This document shows positions 7,293 through 11,343 of a stretch of 11,343 bases of DNA, piece by piece. The notes beneath the pieces are model-generated. The model was not told where the DNA came from. It saw only the letters and a list, made by a program, of their open reading frames with translations, and made no database searches. How positions within the stretch are numbered: position 1 is the first letter of the stretch; each line of letters opens with the position of its first letter. The position numbers were made by a program, and so were the translations under genes. Source of the stretch: Candidatus Heimdallarchaeota archaeon (GTDB lineage Archaea > Asgardarchaeota > Heimdallarchaeia > Heimdallarchaeales > Heimdallarchaeaceae); contig JAEOSZ010000035.1 in the NCBI GenBank assembly GCA_016840095.1, positions 1 to 11,343 of the forward strand, read 5' to 3'.

Positions 7293-9071
7293 ATGAAACT
7301 TATAAGCAAAAAAAATCTAATAATAACATCTGTAATTGTAATCATTCTTTCTATTATACTTAGTATGATTCCATTTGTACTTAGTCAAATTCCATATTCA
7401 CCAAGTGAACCTAAAAATGCAACCAAAGGTGATTTCTCATACGTTTCCGAATATACTTCAAGTGAAATTAGTAAAATGATGAGGAAACATAATTTACCTA
7501 GTGTAGCAGTTAGTTTACTAGATGGTGATAAGGTAATTTATCAACAGATAACTGGTGTATCTAATATTGAAAAGGGGATACAAGCAGATAATGACACAGT
7601 TTACAAAGCTGGATCAATTGCTAAGCTTTTCACAGCAATAGAAATTATGCGTTTGTATGATGAAGGTCTAATAGATCTGGATGAGCCTATAACAACATAT
7701 CTTCCAGATTTTAGTATACAGAGTCGTTTTAATGATTCTGGTGAGATTACCATAAGAAATATTCTATCCCATCGGTCAGGATTACCCAGAAATGGCAACA
7801 TACCTTTATGGGCTTGGGATAATGGAACCTTAATTATAAGAGATTTGGTCGCTTCTTTGGAGGAATCCTTTCTTGCATATCCTGCAGATTACAGATTCAA
7901 GTACTCAAATGTAGGATTCAATGTTCTAGCAAGAATAATAGAACAAATACGAGGAGAATGGTTTGCAAATTATATGCGTGATTCTCTCCTCAGACCTATA
8001 GGGATGAATTCTAGCACCTTTTTGTCAAGTGACATTATAGACAATGATAAGATTGCGGTGGGTTACTTCAAAGATCAGAAAGAGAATATTGCTTATGACC
8101 AGTATGATATCATAACTTTGGCTTCCGGTAATCTTTACTCAACTTTAGATGATATGAATGAATTTGCTAAGTTCATTTTCAATAGGGGAAATGTAGATGA
8201 CGTTCAATTGTTGAATGAATCAACACTTTCAATGATGTTTGAGTCTCAATATCCTAAGCCTACAGATCCTCAAAAAGTTGGCATGGGATTCTTTTATGAT
8301 CGAACAAGATTACCTAATAATGAAGTTGCTGTTTTTCATGCTGGAATAAACCAGGGAACAGCTTCAATAATTGCATTATTACCCGAGGAAGAACTTGGTG
8401 TTATCATGTTTTCAAATTCAGATGAGTTTGAAAGTATATCAAAATTCTTGGCAGTAGAACTCCTAGAATTATTGTATGAAACCAAAACAGGATTAAGAAA
8501 AGAAAAACCAAAGGAGGAAATAGTCGAAGTAGATTCCTCCATACTTGAGAGCTATGTTGGTAATTACATTGTTGAAGGAGAAATAGCTAAGATACGCCTT
8601 GTTAAAAACAAGCTACTTGTGATGAACTTCTGGGGGCTTAATTTTAATTTACTACCCGTTAATAGTAGTTATTTCATTTTGAAACATTGGTTGATGGATT
8701 TAGGTCATTTTTCTGCATCCTTCTACCAAGATTCAATGATTGTAAACTTTGAGGATGTTCATTACTCGAATAGTCCTCGATATAATTCAAGTAATGAGTT
8801 CATATCAGATTGGATCTCTTTCTTAGGAGAATATGAAATGTGGTTGAGACATTCTTCCATATATACTGAAGAAGAGAATCCTACTCCTGTAGAACTACAA
8901 ATAGTAGATGGTATCCTTATGTTTCCTTGGAATAATTTCATTTTCAAACCAATTAGTAATTCAGAATTGATAATATTGAATGGTGCTTTTGATGGAGAAA
9001 CAATGTTTAGGGATTCAAATACTGGTTACATTTACTGGCAAAACAGTGTATTCAAACCTAATACAACTTAG
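7293..9071 (+). CDS. Membrane-anchored serine hydrolase, class C beta-lactamase/MEROPS S12 family, with C-terminal extension
   Basis: N-terminal KK + hydrophobic anchor, SxxK (GSIAK), LSHRSGLP, YxN (FKYSN), LRPIGM, HAG at the KTG-equivalent position. SD-like GTGGGGA at 7277-7283. Confidence 0.93.
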   Translation: MKLISKKNLIITSVIVIILSIILSMIPFVLSQIPYSPSEPKNATKGDFSYVSEYTSSEISKMMRKHNLPSVAVSLLDGDKVIYQQITGVSNIEKGIQADNDTVYKAGSIAKLFTAIEIMRLYDEGLIDLDEPITTYLPDFSIQSRFNDSGEITIRNILSHRSGLPRNGNIPLWAWDNGTLIIRDLVASLEESFLAYPADYRFKYSNVGFNVLARIIEQIRGEWFANYMRDSLLRPIGMNSSTFLSSDIIDNDKIAVGYFKDQKENIAYDQYDIITLASGNLYSTLDDMNEFAKFIFNRGNVDDVQLLNESTLSMMFESQYPKPTDPQKVGMGFFYDRTRLPNNEVAVFHAGINQGTASIIALLPEEELGVIMFSNSDEFESISKFLAVELLELLYETKTGLRKEKPKEEIVEVDSSILESYVGNYIVEGEIAKIRLVKNKLLVMNFWGLNFNLLPVNSSYFILKHWLMDLGHFSASFYQDSMIVNFEDVHYSNSPRYNSSNEFISDWISFLGEYEMWLRHSSIYTEEENPTPVELQIVDGILMFPWNNFIFKPISNSELIILNGAFDGETMFRDSNTGYIYWQNSVFKPNTT

Positions 9072-9937
9072 TTATCTTCAACTTCAAAGAACTTTCCACT
9101 ATAGAAATTGAAGAAACTTTTTTTTATCCAATCAACATAATTATCTAAAAATCTAACAGCTTTGCTTCTTTCTTTTCTGCTTTCTGCATCCTTATAAGCT
9201 TCTTCTATTGGTTTTAATCTTGGCATCTCAATCTGTTCTAGCTCTTTACCATCCTCTATTTCTGCGATGAAAAATGATTTTAATGATTTGAAAAACCGTG
9301 TTTGTTCTACTAGAAACTCCTGTGGGTTTGTTATGGCTCTACCATGTCCCGGAATTATGACTTCAATTTTCATTTCCTTGAATTTGTCAAATGCTGCTAG
9401 ATATTCTTCGGGGTTCCCTGTTCTTTTTGGTTTATTCTGATAAAAACCCATGAAGGGCAGTCCAAAGTTAACAGGTTGTGTAATAAATAAATCTCCAGCA
9501 AAAAGCACTTCTTCTGTAGAATAATATGCAATGCTGAATCCATAACTATGACCTCCTACATGATGAAATTCTAAACTTGAACTGTCTTCTTCAAGAATGA
9601 AATTGGTTTCAAAAATCTCTTTTTTCCATTTTGCAAAACTGACGCTCTTTGGCATGGTTTGCATACATTTCTTGCTTGCTATAAGCGTTAAATCATTGAA
9701 AGCATCTTTTCCGTTTCTGTGATCTCCATGGGTGTGTGTAAGAAACAAATATTTGACAGGAACTTGAAAGTGTTTCTCCATGTCCCTTCGTAATTTTGTG
9801 CCTACCTCAAGTGAATCTCCACTATCTATTGCAACTGCGTAATTACCTAAAGAAACTCCTCCAATTATACAAGACCTTGTTGTACTCTGAATTTCAATAT
9901 CAATAGCCGTATGTGTAGTGATTTTCTCTAGATTCAT
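9068..9937 (-). CDS. Metallo-beta-lactamase-fold hydrolase
   Basis: IDSG, THTHGDH (HxHxDH), GGHS, LFAGD, IPGHG: the complete MBL metal ligand set. Confidence 0.93.
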   Translation of the reverse strand: MNLEKITTHTAIDIEIQSTTRSCIIGGVSLGNYAVAIDSGDSLEVGTKLRRDMEKHFQVPVKYLFLTHTHGDHRNGKDAFNDLTLIASKKCMQTMPKSVSFAKWKKEIFETNFILEEDSSSLEFHHVGGHSYGFSIAYYSTEEVLFAGDLFITQPVNFGLPFMGFYQNKPKRTGNPEEYLAAFDKFKEMKIEVIIPGHGRAITNPQEFLVEQTRFFKSLKSFFIAEIEDGKELEQIEMPRLKPIEEAYKDAESRKERSKAVRFLDNYVDWIKKSFFNFYSGKFFEVEDN

Positions 9938-9960
9938 ACTATGCTATTGAATGAAGTGCC

Positions 9961-9980
9961 CTTATATATATTCTTGATTT
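9961..9980 (-). promoter_or_regulatory. BRE/TATA promoter of the MBL gene
   Basis: Minus strand AAATCAAGAA-TATATATAAG, with the TATA ~31-33 nt upstream of the ATG at 9937. Confidence 0.6.
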
Positions 9981-9983
9981 TGA

Positions 9984-10001
9984 TTTATTGTTACCAATAA
10001 A
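9984..10001. promoter_or_regulatory. Palindromic operator-like repeat, copy 1 (TTTATTG-TTAC-CAATAAA)
   Basis: Perfect 7-bp inverted arms; the sequence is identical to 10015-10032. Confidence 0.8.
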
Positions 10002-10006
10002 AAACC

Positions 10007-10014
10007 TTTTATAT
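10007..10014 (+). promoter_or_regulatory. TATA box of the 168-aa orphan gene
   Basis: AAAAAACC-TTTTATAT (A-rich BRE + TATA), ending 30 nt before the ATG at 10044 and lying between the two palindromes. Confidence 0.65.
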
Positions 10015-10032
10015 TTTATTGTTACCAATAAA
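10015..10032. promoter_or_regulatory. Palindromic operator-like repeat, copy 2 (TTTATTG-TTAC-CAATAAA)
   Basis: Exact 18-bp direct repeat of 9984-10001, offset 31 bp. Confidence 0.8.
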
Positions 10033-10043
10033 CTGTGAAGTAA

Positions 10044-10550
10044 ATGCCTAGGCATCCGTTTTCCCCACCATTCAAATCAACTCTAGTTGTGTCAAGAAGC
10101 AAGGATTTCGAAAAACACATGACAACTATACCTAAACCTATCCTCTCTAGTAAGTGGCGTTCTTGGAATATGAAATTATTAGACAAGAATAGACTTCATT
10201 GGTACCCCTCTGAATATGAGAACATTCTAAATCATCTTGTAAATAAATGGATTCAAATCTCAGAGGATGTTTTTGAGAAGATGAGAGAAGAAGAGAGGAA
10301 ACTAATCTTTGTATGTTATAATCCTGAAGATGACATTGCTAAAGTCAAAACTTGGGATATCAAGGTGGAAGATTTAGAAAAACATGAACCATTTACTAAA
10401 TTCAAATGGTTATATGATCGTAATAAACCTGAATATCTAATTTATAGAATGACTAAGGAGATGCATGAAGAGATATCCTCAGATGAAGGACATAATAGGA
10501 TAAGAGTAATAATTAATTCTGTATTAAAAATTCTCTTGGCTAATTCCTAA
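10044..10550 (+). CDS. Hypothetical soluble protein; possible DNA-binding protein (RHH-like C-terminus, weak AbrB-like N-terminus)
   Basis: 168-aa ORF that fills the gap between the MBL and HAD genes and has its own TATA box. No family confidently recognised; fold hints are by eye only. Confidence 0.75.
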   Translation: MPRHPFSPPFKSTLVVSRSKDFEKHMTTIPKPILSSKWRSWNMKLLDKNRLHWYPSEYENILNHLVNKWIQISEDVFEKMREEERKLIFVCYNPEDDIAKVKTWDIKVEDLEKHEPFTKFKWLYDRNKPEYLIYRMTKEMHEEISSDEGHNRIRVIINSVLKILLANS

Positions 10551-10556
10551 CTTGAA

Positions 10557-11285
10557 TTATACTAGAAATTTAGGAGGACCGAGAAAGAGGGGTAAAAGTT
10601 CACCAATGGAATTTATTGTCACATCAGGTTCGTATTTTTTGATTTGATCTTTTGTATATTTGGCATTTACACCCAAAATTGCCACTGTTTTTGTACCTGC
10701 TAATTTACCTGCATGAATGTCTTGTGGAAAATCTCCTATCATCACACATGTTTCAGGATGTTTGTTCAAAGCTTCACAAGCATAAAGCAGAGGTTCAGGA
10801 TCGGGTTTAATTCTCTTAACAGTGTTTCTAGTGACAATAACATCGAATGTCTTTAAAATCTCTATTTTTTCTTTTGCCTTGTCTACTGTATCATCACCTG
10901 CACTTGTAACTAGAGCCATTTTATATCCTCTAGATTGCAAGGTTTTCAATACTTCTGCAACACCTTCTAGAGGTACTAATTCTTTGAAAGCTAAAGGATC
11001 TTTTTTAATTGATTTTAATACTTTTATGATTTGAAAGATATTCAACCCTACATCTCTTGAAGCTTTGAGAAATATACCAATTTTTAGCAATTTTGATCTA
11101 TCTTGTTCTGTCTCCATGACCCGAGTAAGAGTTTTTTCAAAAACATACTGTCGTTTTTCTAAATCATAGTCAGGAAATAACTTTTCAAGTGCTCTAAATA
11201 AAGGCTCCCACCATCTTTTACCTAGATCTGTGAGAGTACCATCCATATCAAAGAACAAGGTGTCTATAACCTGAAATGATTTCAT
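10557..11285 (-). CDS. HAD superfamily hydrolase, subfamily IA (phosphoglycolate phosphatase/PpaX-like)
   Basis: Motif I FFDMDGTL, motif II LVTS, motif III KPDP, motif IV MIGDFPQDI..GKLAG. Confidence 0.95.
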   Translation of the reverse strand: MKSFQVIDTLFFDMDGTLTDLGKRWWEPLFRALEKLFPDYDLEKRQYVFEKTLTRVMETEQDRSKLLKIGIFLKASRDVGLNIFQIIKVLKSIKKDPLAFKELVPLEGVAEVLKTLQSRGYKMALVTSAGDDTVDKAKEKIEILKTFDVIVTRNTVKRIKPDPEPLLYACEALNKHPETCVMIGDFPQDIHAGKLAGTKTVAILGVNAKYTKDQIKKYEPDVTINSIGELLPLFLGPPKFLV

Positions 11286-11305
11286 CGTTATTGGATTTTT
11301 GTTAA

Positions 11306-11318
11306 TATTTTAAAAAAA
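11306..11318 (-). promoter_or_regulatory. Putative TATA box of the HAD gene
   Basis: Minus strand TTTTAAAATA about 30 nt upstream of the ATG at 11285. Confidence 0.45.
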
Positions 11319-11343
11319 CTATCCATTCAACCAATTTCACAAT

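Noticed and set aside
7601-8947. Short minus-strand ORFs 7601-7801, 8336-8542, 8762-8947
   Set aside because: Antisense shadows of the serine hydrolase gene.
7293-9937. Beta-lactam resistance cluster
   Set aside because: Both folds are broad hydrolase superfamilies, the MBL lacks a signal peptide, and the host looks archaeal; no evidence for true beta-lactamase function.
9984-10032. Mini-CRISPR array or transposon scar interpretation of the 18-bp repeats
   Set aside because: Only two 18-bp units with a 13-bp spacer, no cas or transposase genes; the position around a TATA box fits operators better.
10822-11034. 70-aa plus-strand ORF
   Set aside because: Antisense shadow of the HAD gene.
10044-11285. 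Toxin-antitoxin pair (orphan + neighbour)
   Set aside because: The neighbours are divergent or convergent metabolic hydrolases; no co-oriented toxin-like ORF.

Overview
AT-rich, densely coding, archaeal-looking window. An Asgard archaeon (possibly Heimdallarchaeia-like) is inferred from the beta-helix surface protein style, the tandem Lrp/AsnC regulator and TATA boxes ~30 nt upstream of most start codons. It holds 11 credible CDSs: a secreted parallel beta-helix (NosD/CASH-like) protein that runs off the left edge and is missing from the ORF track, a SAM methyltransferase, an S9 peptidase, an iron-sulfur flavoprotein, a small membrane protein with a His/Cys loop, a double-wHTH Lrp/AsnC-like regulator, an ECF S-component-like membrane protein, a membrane-anchored S12/class C beta-lactamase-family serine hydrolase, an MBL-fold hydrolase, a 168-aa orphan and a HAD phosphatase. 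No RNA genes, CRISPR arrays or mobile elements were seen. The most striking unexplained structure is two identical 18-bp near-palindromes (TTTATTGTTACCAATAAA), 31 bp apart, bracketing the TATA box of the orphan gene. The orphan's C-terminus resembles a ribbon-helix-helix and its N-terminus weakly resembles AbrB/SpoVT, so this is a candidate undescribed autoregulated transcription factor/operator module. All assignments are by eye; no database searches were run.
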